Shown one piece after another: positions 1-7,966 of a stretch of 64,000 bases of DNA (within the stretch, counting starts at the first letter, position 1; every line of letters starts with the position of its first letter). The stretch is from Candidatus Saccharimonadales bacterium. Lineage in GTDB: Bacteria; Patescibacteriota; Saccharimonadia; Saccharimonadales; UBA4665. The position numbers and the translations under genes are program-made. Under the pieces are notes generated by a model. The model did no database searches and had not been told where the DNA came from. It saw only the letters and a program-made list of their open reading frames with translations. The DNA is taken from positions 5,726 to 69,725 of the forward strand of contig JAXLZZ010000008.1 in NCBI GenBank assembly GCA_046350675.1, given 5' to 3'.

Positions 1-2300
1 GTAGTAGCAATATCAACAGTGGCAGCAGCGGTGCCAATCACACCTCCGGTAGGAAGATCTGCAATGTTCAGAGCTGTTAACACGGTGCTGCTTTCGTTGA
101 TGAAGCTGTTGCCGGCCGATACTGTCAGACCACCGTCAAAGGTTGCCAGACCAGTAACATCCAAGGTGCTTGCCAAGGTGGTTGCATCAGTTACGTCCAA
201 GGTACCTCCGAGGGCTGTTGCACCATCGAACACCGTAAAGTCGTTGCCAGTGGTGACGATAGTATTACCGTTTAGCGATACCGCGCCAGTGCCTGTAGAG
301 AATGTCCCTGCCCCTGTTTGCAAGAAGTTTGAATCATTGTTAATCGTTACACCTCCGCTAAAAGTAGCCAGCCCGGTGAACGACGATGTGCCGGTCACAT
401 CAAAGATTCCGCCCACCGATGCGTCGCCAGCCACATCAAGCAGACCACCCAACGTTGTGGCACCTGTGCCCACAGTGAAAGTATTTGAGCCAGTCACTGA
501 GGTGTTGCCGTTTAGCGATACCGCGCCACTGCCTGTTGAGAAGGTGCCAGTGCCGGTTTGGGTGAAATTACTGTTGTTGCCAATTGCCAACCCACCATTC
601 AGTGTCGCCAGACCGGTGAACGTAGAGGTATCTGTCACCGCCAGACTGCCGGTAACACCTAAGTCGCCGCCGATGGAAGCGTCGTTAGTAACAGTCAACC
701 CAGTGCCAGAACCAGATATTGTAACCGTACCGTTAAAGGTCTTATTGCCACCAAAGGTTTGGGTGGTTGCTGTTACCAAACCGGCATAGGTAGCATCTGC
801 TGACTGCAAGTACAGCGTAGTGCCGTCAATTGCGGCGCCATCAGCACTTTTTGCGTACCCATCAAGTGTGCCAATATCGGTAACGCCGGCTGTGCTATTA
901 CCGGTGGTAAGCGCCACCCAAGTGGTGCCATTCCACATAAATGACGCAGATGAACCACTTGCAAGCGGGATGCCATTGATCTGGAATTGTTCAGTGCCCA
1001 CATTACTGACATACAAGAGTCGACCACCGGTGCTATCGGTTGGTGTGGGGAGAGTCAAAGATATACCAGGGGTAGTCTGGTTGACATTTAGCGTGGTTGC
1101 GATGTCCACCGTTGCGGCTGCTGTACCGATAGACCCGCTGGCAGCATGATCGCTAATCGTCAACGCGGCCAACACAGTACTGCTTTCGTTGGTAAACTGG
1201 CTACCTGAACTTATGGTAAGACCACTGTTAAATGTAGCAGCGGCGTTAACCGTAAGGATACCGTTTAGAGTGGTTCCATCAGTTACCGTAAGAGTGCCCC
1301 CAAGTGTTGTTGCTCCGGTGCCAACGGTAAAGCTATTAGCACCTGTAACGCTGGTTGGACCATTGAGGCTTACAGCTCCAGTCCCCGTACTGAAAGTGCC
1401 CGCACCAGTTTGGAGATAATTCGAGGTGTTCGAGATACCTCCGTTAAACGTAGCGGTATCAGTGAACGTTGAGGTGCCCGTAACATCAAAAGTACCGCCC
1501 ACTGTAGTATCACCGGTGACATCCAATGTCCCGCCAAGCGTGGTTGCGCCAGTGCCAACCGTGAAGGTATTTGAGCCAGTTACAGAAGTGTTGCCGTTCA
1601 GCGATACCGCACCGGTGCCAGTGCTAAAGCTTCCGGTACCTGTCTGGGTAATATTACTGTTGTTAGCAACTGTCAGCCCCCCGTTAAGCGTTGCAAGTCC
1701 AGTGAGTGTTGAGGTGCTCGTTACGCTAAGCGTGCCAGTCACGCCAAGATTGCCGCCAATAGAAGCATTATTGGTAACACTTAGTCCAGTGCCGGCACCA
1801 GCCAAAGTAACCACCCCGTTGAATGTTTTATCGCCACCGAACGTTTGGCTGCCGCTCGCAGTTACTAGACCAACATTTGAGGCATCAGCTGATTGCAAGA
1901 AGATCGTGGTACCACTAATTACCGCACCATTTGCACTCTTAGTTTGGCCGTCAAGGGAGCCGACTGTAGTTACACCGGCGGTGCTGTTACCGGTAGTGAG
2001 AGCTATCCAGGTTGTCCCGTTCCAGATGAACGAAGCAGAAGTACCGACCGCCAGTGGAATCCCATCTACATTGACGACTACGCTACCAGTGTTGCTGACA
2101 TACAGGATGCGGCCAGCAGTGGTGTCAGTTGGTGAAGGTAGCGTGAGTGATACTCCAGATGTAGATTGGTTCAGGTTTAGAGTGGTTGCCACATCAACCG
2201 TAGATGCGGCGCTGCCGACTGGCCCACTAGTAGCCTGATCGCTAATAGCAAGTGCACTCAACACGGTACTGGAAGCATTGGTAAATTGATTGCCTGCACC
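1..2300 (-). repeat. divergent tandem coding repeats, period about 1090 nt (about 363 aa), just over 2 units in the window
   Basis: The landmark 'gctaat.gt/ca..caaca..gtact' (protein QFTN[AE]SSTVL.AL.ISD) recurs at about 2241, 1152 and 61, giving offsets of 1089 and 1091 nt. The protein blocks are clearly homologous but not identical. Confidence 0.7.
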
Positions 2301-3296
2301 AACTGTTAGCCCTCCGTTAAACGTACCAAGACCGGTAACTCCCAGCGTGCCAGCAGTGCTGATATTACCACTGGCATCAATCTTAGCCAGGATAGAGCTA
2401 CCGCTGCTATCAAGGAACGTCAGCAGATCAGATGTTTGCCCTGTTAGCGCTTGAATAACAGCCGTGGTTAAGCCTGTGCCGCTGGTTTGGACTCGGAAAT
2501 TTGAGTTCGTTTGCAGACTGGTTGAATTTTGAATATAGCCGCTGCCCCCGGTGGTTGGTGCAAATCCACAAGAAACAGCTGCCTCCAAACAGACGGTACC
2601 ACTGGCATTCGGGAGCAAAATGCTGTTGTTTGCTGTTGGAGTCGTGAAGCTCAAGGTAGCTACATTGCCGCTGTTCGCTGTTTGCAGCTGTGTGGCGCTT
2701 TTCGCCTGGAAGGCGTACGGCACCGCTGTTAGCTTCAGCCGTGGCGACATTTCACCGTCCCAGCTTGGTGATCCACCTGCGCCACCAATTTCCATGGTGA
2801 CGTACAAGCTTTCATCCCAGGATATTGTGCCTGGGAAGGAAGTGATGGATCCAAGGTTCACAGTCAGGTAGCCGTTGACGACGCGTACACCTTGGGAGGC
2901 GCTATTCAGGTAGCTTTCACCCCATAGCGATGATCCACCTGTTGGAGCGTTATATAGCTTGAAACGAACGTTGTAGTTGCCGTCGGCAACAATGGAGCCA
3001 TCGCTGTTTTCGAGTCGAGCTTGGAAGTTGAGGTTGTCGCTTACTGCCGCTGTTGTGTGCTGCGGCTTTAAGGCGATAGAGCCAACGATACCGATGAGGA
3101 TTGCTGCAACGGTTGCCAGCAAAATGATGCGTGACCGAAGGCTGACCCCACGTGTACGTGTGTGCGCACGCGCGCGCGTATAAGAAAAAACAGGGGTGAC
3201 CAAAACAGATAAAAACCCAATAAAAAACACCCTGTCGCTGCTGCGACCGCGGGTGAATCGGAATAGTTCTAGCCACGAGGGCTTGGGTTTTTTCAT
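1..3296 (-). CDS. large repetitive cell-surface protein with N-terminal membrane anchor; 3' end lies beyond the window start (partial, at least 1098 codons)
   Basis: My translation of the minus strand from ATG (3296-3294) stays open to position 1. It is absent from the ORF track because no stop is reached. The N-terminus is MKKPKPSWLELF..., followed by hydrophobic helix IILLATVAAILIGIVGSIAL and then G/T/S/N-rich repeats (TFNGGLTV, GTGAVSLNGNTSVTGSNTFTVGTGATTLGG). The + strand P/V-rich ORFs at 19-2238 all share one frame and are its antisense shadows. Confidence 0.8.
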   Translation of the reverse strand, partial: MKKPKPSWLELFRFTRGRSSDRVFFIGFLSVLVTPVFSYTRARAHTRTRGVSLRSRIILLATVAAILIGIVGSIALKPQHTTAAVSDNLNFQARLENSDGSIVADGNYNVRFKLYNAPTGGSSLWGESYLNSASQGVRVVNGYLTVNLGSITSFPGTISWDESLYVTMEIGGAGGSPSWDGEMSPRLKLTAVPYAFQAKSATQLQTANSGNVATLSFTTPTANNSILLPNASGTVCLEAAVSCGFAPTTGGSGYIQNSTSLQTNSNFRVQTSGTGLTTAVIQALTGQTSDLLTFLDSSGSSILAKIDASGNISTAGTLGVTGLGTFNGGLTVGAGNQFTNASSTVLSALAISDQATSGPVGSAASTVDVATTLNLNQSTSGVSLTLPSPTDTTAGRILYVSNTGSVVVNVDGIPLAVGTSASFIWNGTTWIALTTGNSTAGVTTVGSLDGQTKSANGAVISGTTIFLQSADASNVGLVTASGSQTFGGDKTFNGVVTLAGAGTGLSVTNNASIGGNLGVTGTLSVTSTSTLTGLATLNGGLTVANNSNITQTGTGSFSTGTGAVSLNGNTSVTGSNTFTVGTGATTLGGTLDVTGDTTVGGTFDVTGTSTFTDTATFNGGISNTSNYLQTGAGTFSTGTGAVSLNGPTSVTGANSFTVGTGATTLGGTLTVTDGTTLNGILTVNAAATFNSGLTISSGSQFTNESSTVLAALTISDHAASGSIGTAAATVDIATTLNVNQTTPGISLTLPTPTDSTGGRLLYVSNVGTEQFQINGIPLASGSSASFMWNGTTWVALTTGNSTAGVTDIGTLDGYAKSADGAAIDGTTLYLQSADATYAGLVTATTQTFGGNKTFNGTVTISGSGTGLTVTNDASIGGDLGVTGSLAVTDTSTFTGLATLNGGLAIGNNSNFTQTGTGTFSTGSGAVSLNGNTSVTGSNTFTVGTGATTLGGLLDVAGDASVGGIFDVTGTSSFTGLATFSGGVTINNDSNFLQTGAGTFSTGTGAVSLNGNTIVTTGNDFTVFDGATALGGTLDVTDATTLASTLDVTGLATFDGGLTVSAGNSFINESSTVLTALNIADLPTGGVIGTAAATVDIAT

Positions 3297-3794
3297 GTTT
3301 GTTTTGGGTGCTGGTGCCTGCCAGCTGTTTTAGTTTTGTGGTCCCCCGCTGTTTAGGCGGGAGACCAGTTTGATTTTTTGTTTGTGTGAACCACTGTTTG
3401 TTGATTAGGACCAGGGCTTTTTACAGCTCTAACCCTATGCTTCTAGTATCCGCTCTTTAACAGGGGTCTTCAAGGGTTTTTTGAACAAAATTACTGTGCG
3501 TTTGTTTTAGCTGTTTTTGCTACATTTTCAGCCCTTAGATGTTGTATTTTTTATTTGAACTGAGTTTTTACCCCTGTTTTTCGCTTATGCTTACCGCTGT
3601 AAATCACAGCAAACAATCTTACGTACGTTGTTTTTGTTATAACTCGATTAAGATTCGCTAAAACTTATCCACAGCCGCCTCTGAATTGCTTGTGCTTTTT
3701 GAATCAATTTTTAGCTCAAGCACTTCGGCCCGAAACGAAGATGATAATTCAAGAATTGATATCTTTTCTGAACACAAACCCTGTCGACAACTCG

Positions 3795-3900
3795 CGTAGC
3801 TGAGTGCAGTTTGGTTCAAAAACGAGCACCGCAAAAGAGCCGTACTCAAGGTACGGCGATTGCGGAAGCGAAGCTTTTGGGCCGAAATGTGCCAGCTACG
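3795..3900. repeat. long imperfect hairpin element, family member 1 (core GCCGTAC-tcaag-GTACGGC)
   Basis: Outer arms cgtagctg (3795-3802) and cagctacg (3893-3900) pair. Inner stems are CCGCAA/TTGCGG and GCCGTAC/GTACGGC. The element ends 11 nt from the rplU stop codon. Confidence 0.6.
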
Positions 3901-3911
3901 TGAGTCGTAGC

Positions 3912-4220
3912 TTAGGCGATTTTTTTGATAGTCAGAACGGTTTGTCGCTGACGATGACCGCGTACCGTACGAACACGCTTCTTGGCTTTGTAGCGAATAG
4001 AAGTAACTTTGTCGGTCTGGATATCAGCTTCGGTAATATCAGCCGTTACTTTTGCCTTGGCAACTGTTGGCGTACCAACTGTTACTGTTTCGCCGTCGAT
4101 AACCAAAAGTGGCTCAAACTCAGCGATTTTCTTGTCGCTGTTCAGGAGCTCAACGTTAAGCGTATCGCCCTCTTGGACAAGATACTGCTTTCCGCCGGTA
4201 GTGATGACTGCTTTTTTCAT
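3912..4220 (-). CDS. rplU: 50S ribosomal protein L21
   Basis: MKKAVITTGGKQYLVQEGD... is a typical L21 N-terminus. The ORF track starts 4 codons earlier (4232), but GAGGA abuts that ATG, so the second ATG (4220) is preferred. Confidence 0.9.
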   Translation of the reverse strand: MKKAVITTGGKQYLVQEGDTLNVELLNSDKKIAEFEPLLVIDGETVTVGTPTVAKAKVTADITEADIQTDKVTSIRYKAKKRVRTVRGHRQRQTVLTIKKIA

Positions 4221-4325
4221 ACTCTGTTTCATTCCTCAGAAATAAAGTTACCGATAGATGATATCAAATTACACCGCCTCTGTAAACCCCTTACGCTGGC
4301 CTTGCATACGTGCTGGTATGCAGAT

Positions 4326-7232
4326 CTAGGCTTTATCAAACGCTATCGTAAGCTCAGCACCATCAATTTTGGCAGTTGTCGTATAGTTTTTTACATCGTT
4401 GTTATTTATGCTATTTGCAAGCGTTTCTTGCAGTATCACATCTGTTAATTGTTCGTTTCTTAACAACGTTGTAATTGAATCATCAACTGATTCAAGCCGT
4501 AAATTGATACGATCGTCTACTTCCAAACCGGCGTCTTTACGAGCCTTCTGCACGTTACGAACAACCTCCCGCATTAAACCTTCTTGCGCAAGTTCAGGTG
4601 TAATTTCGAGGTCAAGTGTTACGTCTTGGATGCCAGCTTCACCTAGCACTACCTCTTTAACGTTGACCTCTTCCTTCGCAATTGCTTTAAACAACTCTTC
4701 GTACTCACTGGTAAAGGGTGTCGCCGGAGCTAGTAGAAGCTCGCCAAGTGGTTGGCGCACTTTAATCCCCTCTTTAGCACGAATCGCTAAGGCCTCGGTA
4801 ATGCCCTGACGCAGTGCTGCCATGTCTCGAACTAATAGCTCGTTTATATGGCCTGACTCTGGCCAATCCAGTAGATGCACTGATTCGCCGTCTGTTAGCT
4901 TTTGGTACAGCTCTTCGGCTAAGAACGGTGTAAACGGCGCTAGAATTAGGCTCAACTGCGTCAAAACGTAGTGCAACGTCTTATAGGCCTGCTGCTTGTC
5001 TGGCCCGTTATCCGACTTCCAGAAACGCTTGCGGCTGCGACGGACATACCAGTTGCTGGCATCATCGATAAACGGCAGAATCGGTTTGAGTGCATTCGGT
5101 AGATCGTAGCGATCCATATGCTGTTCCACCTCTTGGCCAAGCTGATGGACACGGCTGACGATCCACTCATCGAGTATATTCTCGAGTTCTGGCGTTGGAT
5201 CTGCAGGAAGCGCACCCTTTTCTAGCCCTGAATCCCATCCATCTACATCGGCGTACAGCGTAAAGAAGTCGTACATGTTCCAAATCATGCTTAGTTTTCG
5301 TGCCACATCGCCAACCTCTTTATCTTGAAGCGAAAAGTCTTCAGCATTCATTACCGGCGAGCTTAGTAGCAGGAAGCGCAAGCTATCGGCACTATACTGA
5401 TCCATCAACACATTCGGATCGGTGTAGTTTCCGTAGCTTTTGCTCATTTTACGGCCATCATTGCCGGCTAGCGTCCCCGTTACAATAACGTTTTTGAAGG
5501 CGTTGTTCTCAAACAGCCCGGTTGAGACAGCATGCAAATAGTAGAACCAGGCGCGCACTTGGCCAACGTACTCAGCAATAAAATCACCTGGGAAATTATT
5601 CTCAAATTTTTCAACATTCTCAAACGGATAGTGGAACTGGGCGAACGGCATCGAGCCACTCTCGAACCAGCCGTCAATCACCTTATCGATGCGCTTGTAC
5701 TGCACGCCATCAATTTCGAACGTTACATCATCGATCCATGGACGGTGATAGTCTTCGAGCTCTACGCCTGATAACTCTTTAAGCTCCGCATAACTCCCCA
5801 CGACTTTAACCTGCTCATTGCCATTGGCGTCTGTACCTTTCCAGACTGGCATGGCCGTTGCCCAGAATCGGTCACGACTAAGGTTCCAGTCAGGTGCAGA
5901 CTCTACCGTTTTGGTGAATCTGCCCTGTTTTATATGCTCGGGGAACCAATGAATATCACCATTTTGTTCTAGCATCTGCTGCCGTTGATTGGCGATATCC
6001 ATGAACCAGCTTGGGTGTGCCCTATATATAAGCTTGGTGCCGCAACGATGGCAGTGCGGATAGCTGTGGCGAATGTAGTCAATCTTCCAGACTATTCCAC
6101 GCTCGTGCAGCGTCTTGGCGATTTGTTTATTGATATCCCAGACCTGCTCGCCTTGCCACTCGCCTGACGTATAGAAGCCGTTGTCGTCCAACGTAGAGAC
6201 TAACGGGATGTTATATTCTTGGGCTAAATTGTAGTCTTCTTCACCATAGGCAGGAGCAATATGGACAAGGCCAGTCCCGTCTTCGGCACTCACAAAATCA
6301 GCTGCCCAGACCTTGTGTGCATTTTTACCACGTTCCTCAAAAAGCGGCTCGTATTCTAGCCCGACGAGCTCTTTACCCCTGTAAGTATTCTTTACAACAT
6401 AATCGAGACTGTTGTGTTTTTCATCAACGAGTACTTTATTTATAAGCTCTTTTGCCAGAATAAATTGCTCACCACCAACCTCAACTTCTGCATACTCAAG
6501 CTCCGGGTTAATTGCCACCGCCGTGTTGGCTGGAAGCGTCCAAGGTGTTGTAGTCCATACAAGAAGTGGCACGTCTCGATCAACTAATTTGAACTTTACG
6601 AAGACTGATGGATCCGTAACATCCTGATAAGAATTGTCCATATTCACTTCGGCTTTGCTAATTGGCGTAGCGTCGCGAATACAATACAGCAAGACTTTCT
6701 CGCCCTCGTAGATTTTGCCCTTCTCATAGAGCTCTTTGAATGCCCACCATATAGATTCCATGTATTCTTTATCCATGGTTTTGTAGGCACCCTTAAAGTC
6801 GACCCAGCGTCCGATACGATCGATTACATCTTCCCACTGATTGCCTGTTTGAATCATATTCTCTCTACAGGTGTTAATGTACTCTTCTAGACTAATCTTA
6901 GTGCCAATATCTCTTTTATCTTTTATGCCGAGCTTTTTCTCGGTAAACACCTCGGCAGGCAAACCATGGCAATCCCAGCCCCAGACACGCTCCACTCTCT
7001 TACCTTTCATGGTTTGGTAGCGTGGCACTGCATCCTTGATAATACTTGAGAGTAAGGTGCCGTGATGTGGCACCCCAGTAATAAACGGCGGGCCATCGTA
7101 AAACACATAGGCGTTACTAGCCGGTCGCTGCTCTACCGACTTCTCAAAGGTCTTATGCTGCTTCCAGTACTGTACGAGGTCTTTTTCGTATTCAATTGCT
7201 CGTCGTCTGGTGCCCTTTTGGAATTTCATCAC
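4326..7232 (-). CDS. ileS: isoleucine--tRNA ligase
   Basis: 968 aa with a class I HIGH-type motif (PHHGT) and KMSKS (RKMSKSYGNY). Overall IleRS-like sequence. AAGAGGAG Shine-Dalgarno 5 nt upstream. Confidence 0.97.
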   Translation of the reverse strand: MMKFQKGTRRRAIEYEKDLVQYWKQHKTFEKSVEQRPASNAYVFYDGPPFITGVPHHGTLLSSIIKDAVPRYQTMKGKRVERVWGWDCHGLPAEVFTEKKLGIKDKRDIGTKISLEEYINTCRENMIQTGNQWEDVIDRIGRWVDFKGAYKTMDKEYMESIWWAFKELYEKGKIYEGEKVLLYCIRDATPISKAEVNMDNSYQDVTDPSVFVKFKLVDRDVPLLVWTTTPWTLPANTAVAINPELEYAEVEVGGEQFILAKELINKVLVDEKHNSLDYVVKNTYRGKELVGLEYEPLFEERGKNAHKVWAADFVSAEDGTGLVHIAPAYGEEDYNLAQEYNIPLVSTLDDNGFYTSGEWQGEQVWDINKQIAKTLHERGIVWKIDYIRHSYPHCHRCGTKLIYRAHPSWFMDIANQRQQMLEQNGDIHWFPEHIKQGRFTKTVESAPDWNLSRDRFWATAMPVWKGTDANGNEQVKVVGSYAELKELSGVELEDYHRPWIDDVTFEIDGVQYKRIDKVIDGWFESGSMPFAQFHYPFENVEKFENNFPGDFIAEYVGQVRAWFYYLHAVSTGLFENNAFKNVIVTGTLAGNDGRKMSKSYGNYTDPNVLMDQYSADSLRFLLLSSPVMNAEDFSLQDKEVGDVARKLSMIWNMYDFFTLYADVDGWDSGLEKGALPADPTPELENILDEWIVSRVHQLGQEVEQHMDRYDLPNALKPILPFIDDASNWYVRRSRKRFWKSDNGPDKQQAYKTLHYVLTQLSLILAPFTPFLAEELYQKLTDGESVHLLDWPESGHINELLVRDMAALRQGITEALAIRAKEGIKVRQPLGELLLAPATPFTSEYEELFKAIAKEEVNVKEVVLGEAGIQDVTLDLEITPELAQEGLMREVVRNVQKARKDAGLEVDDRINLRLESVDDSITTLLRNEQLTDVILQETLANSINNNDVKNYTTTAKIDGAELTIAFDKA

Positions 7233-7485
7233 GCTCCTCTTATGCTTATTTACATCACTTATGATGTTGAATCTTGGTTTTTATGTATTAATAAAACAAA
7301 AAACCACTCTTTTAAGTCCATCGGATCCCTAATGTGGGAGGTACCATCCGATTTCCTTTGAGTGATCTCAAAAGCTCTTTATTACGACGATTACGGTGTC
7401 GGCCGATAGGTTCTACTTGATCCTAAGATCGTTCTTCCCACTCCTCGCGGTTGATAGCCGCTCTTGGATTAGCTCCAACGGATTC
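7233..7485 (-). promoter_or_regulatory. candidate T-box leader with Ile (AUC) specifier, upstream of ileS
   Basis: Read on the minus strand:
- AAAUCGGA-UGGUACC-UCCC-acauua-GGGA-UCCGAU (window 7320-7354) has antiterminator architecture. Helix A1 is AUCGGA/UCCGAU, the 7-nt bulge is UGGUACC, and helix A2 is UCCC/GGGA.
- It resembles the T-box consensus AAnnnGGGUGGnACCGCG.
- The hairpin GCGG-CUAUCAA-CCGC (7447-7461) displays AUC followed by A.
- The leader length of about 250 nt is typical. Confidence 0.5.
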
Positions 7486-7491
7486 ATCAAC

Positions 7492-7520
7492 ACTATAGCA
7501 CAGAGGTAAACGCTTGTGAA
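7492..7520 (-). promoter_or_regulatory. candidate sigma70-type promoter for the ileS leader
   Basis: Minus strand TTCACA-17 nt-TATAGT. Confidence 0.4.
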
Positions 7521-7525
7521 TATGT

Positions 7526-7795
7526 CTACGCACGGGCGTAGGCAACGACGTCATCGATTCGAGGCAGGCTATCCCCAACCCAGCTCTGCTGGACTGAACC
7601 GTTATCAGCTAGAACTAATATGGCTGGGTGTTGCAAAATATCATAGAGGCTAGCGGTTGCGCTACCGTCACGACTATCGATGCTAATCACTTCTAGACGA
7701 TACCCTTGATCGTGTCGACGCTCAAACTCACGTATAAATTCTTCGACAGACCTGGCCTGTTCCGAGTTCGGCCGATAAATCACAAGCACTTTCAT
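7526..7795 (-). CDS. hypothetical small protein (89 aa)
   Basis: Clean ORF MKVLVIYRPNSEQARSVEEF... packed between the nrdJ terminator and the ileS leader. I recognise no motif. Confidence 0.6.
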   Translation of the reverse strand: MKVLVIYRPNSEQARSVEEFIREFERRHDQGYRLEVISIDSRDGSATASLYDILQHPAILVLADNGSVQQSWVGDSLPRIDDVVAYARA

Positions 7796-7810
7796 ACTCT
7801 AAATTCTACC

Positions 7811-7838
7811 ACACAAAAAGACCCCTGCGATGGGTCTT
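7811..7838 (-). terminator. intrinsic terminator downstream of nrdJ
   Basis: Minus strand AGACCC-atcgcag-GGGTCT followed by TTTTGTGT. Confidence 0.6.
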
Positions 7839-7848
7839 AAGGTTGCAA

Positions 7849-7964
7849 GGTGCTCATACTTGAGTACAGTCTGAGATTGAAACCGAGCACTGAAGCGCAG
7901 CGTACTTACGGTACGTGAGCACCAGCGCGCAGATTTCAACTCAGAATGTCCAAGTATGGGTGCC
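7849..7964. repeat. long imperfect hairpin element, family member 2 (core CGTAC-ttacg-GTACG)
   Basis: Arms ggtgctcatacttg (7849-7862) and caagtatgggtgcc (7951-7964) pair. Inner arms ctgag..ttgaaa and tttcaa..ctcag also pair. The element ends 2 nt from the nrdJ stop codon. Confidence 0.6.
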
Positions 7965-7966
7965 GT

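Noticed and set aside
19-2238. A series of + strand ORFs (256, 109, 76 and 270 aa), all in one frame, encoding P/V/T-rich low-complexity proteins.
   Set aside because: They are antisense shadows of the minus-strand surface-protein gene (1-3296), which I translated without a stop. The same P/V-rich shadow pattern covers the giant gene (36.6-51.3 kb).
1-3296. A possible alternative genetic code. The track shows no long minus-strand ORF here, although the region is clearly coding.
   Set aside because: With the standard code the frame is open all the way to the window edge. The track simply omits ORFs that lack a stop in the window. All other genes, including a 4,927-aa ORF, read normally with code 11.
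3297-3794. A long (about 600 nt) intergenic region upstream of the partial surface-protein gene, considered as an ncRNA or riboswitch locus.
   Set aside because: I recognised no conserved ncRNA motif. It contains only scattered short hairpins (for example ggtctcccgcctaaacagcgggggacc) and the hairpin element at 3795-3900. It is left unannotated.
4303-4322. The hairpin tgcatac-gtgctg-gtatgca right after the ileS stop, considered as a terminator.
   Set aside because: No T-run follows on the minus strand, and rplU follows closely. It may be a stabilising hairpin but is not called.
7285-7345. An intrinsic terminator for the T-box leader, suggested by the U-run GGUUUUUUGUUUU.
   Set aside because: I could only pair 4-5 bp (CCAC/GUGG) immediately before the U-run. 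That is not a convincing terminator helix, so the expression platform is left open.
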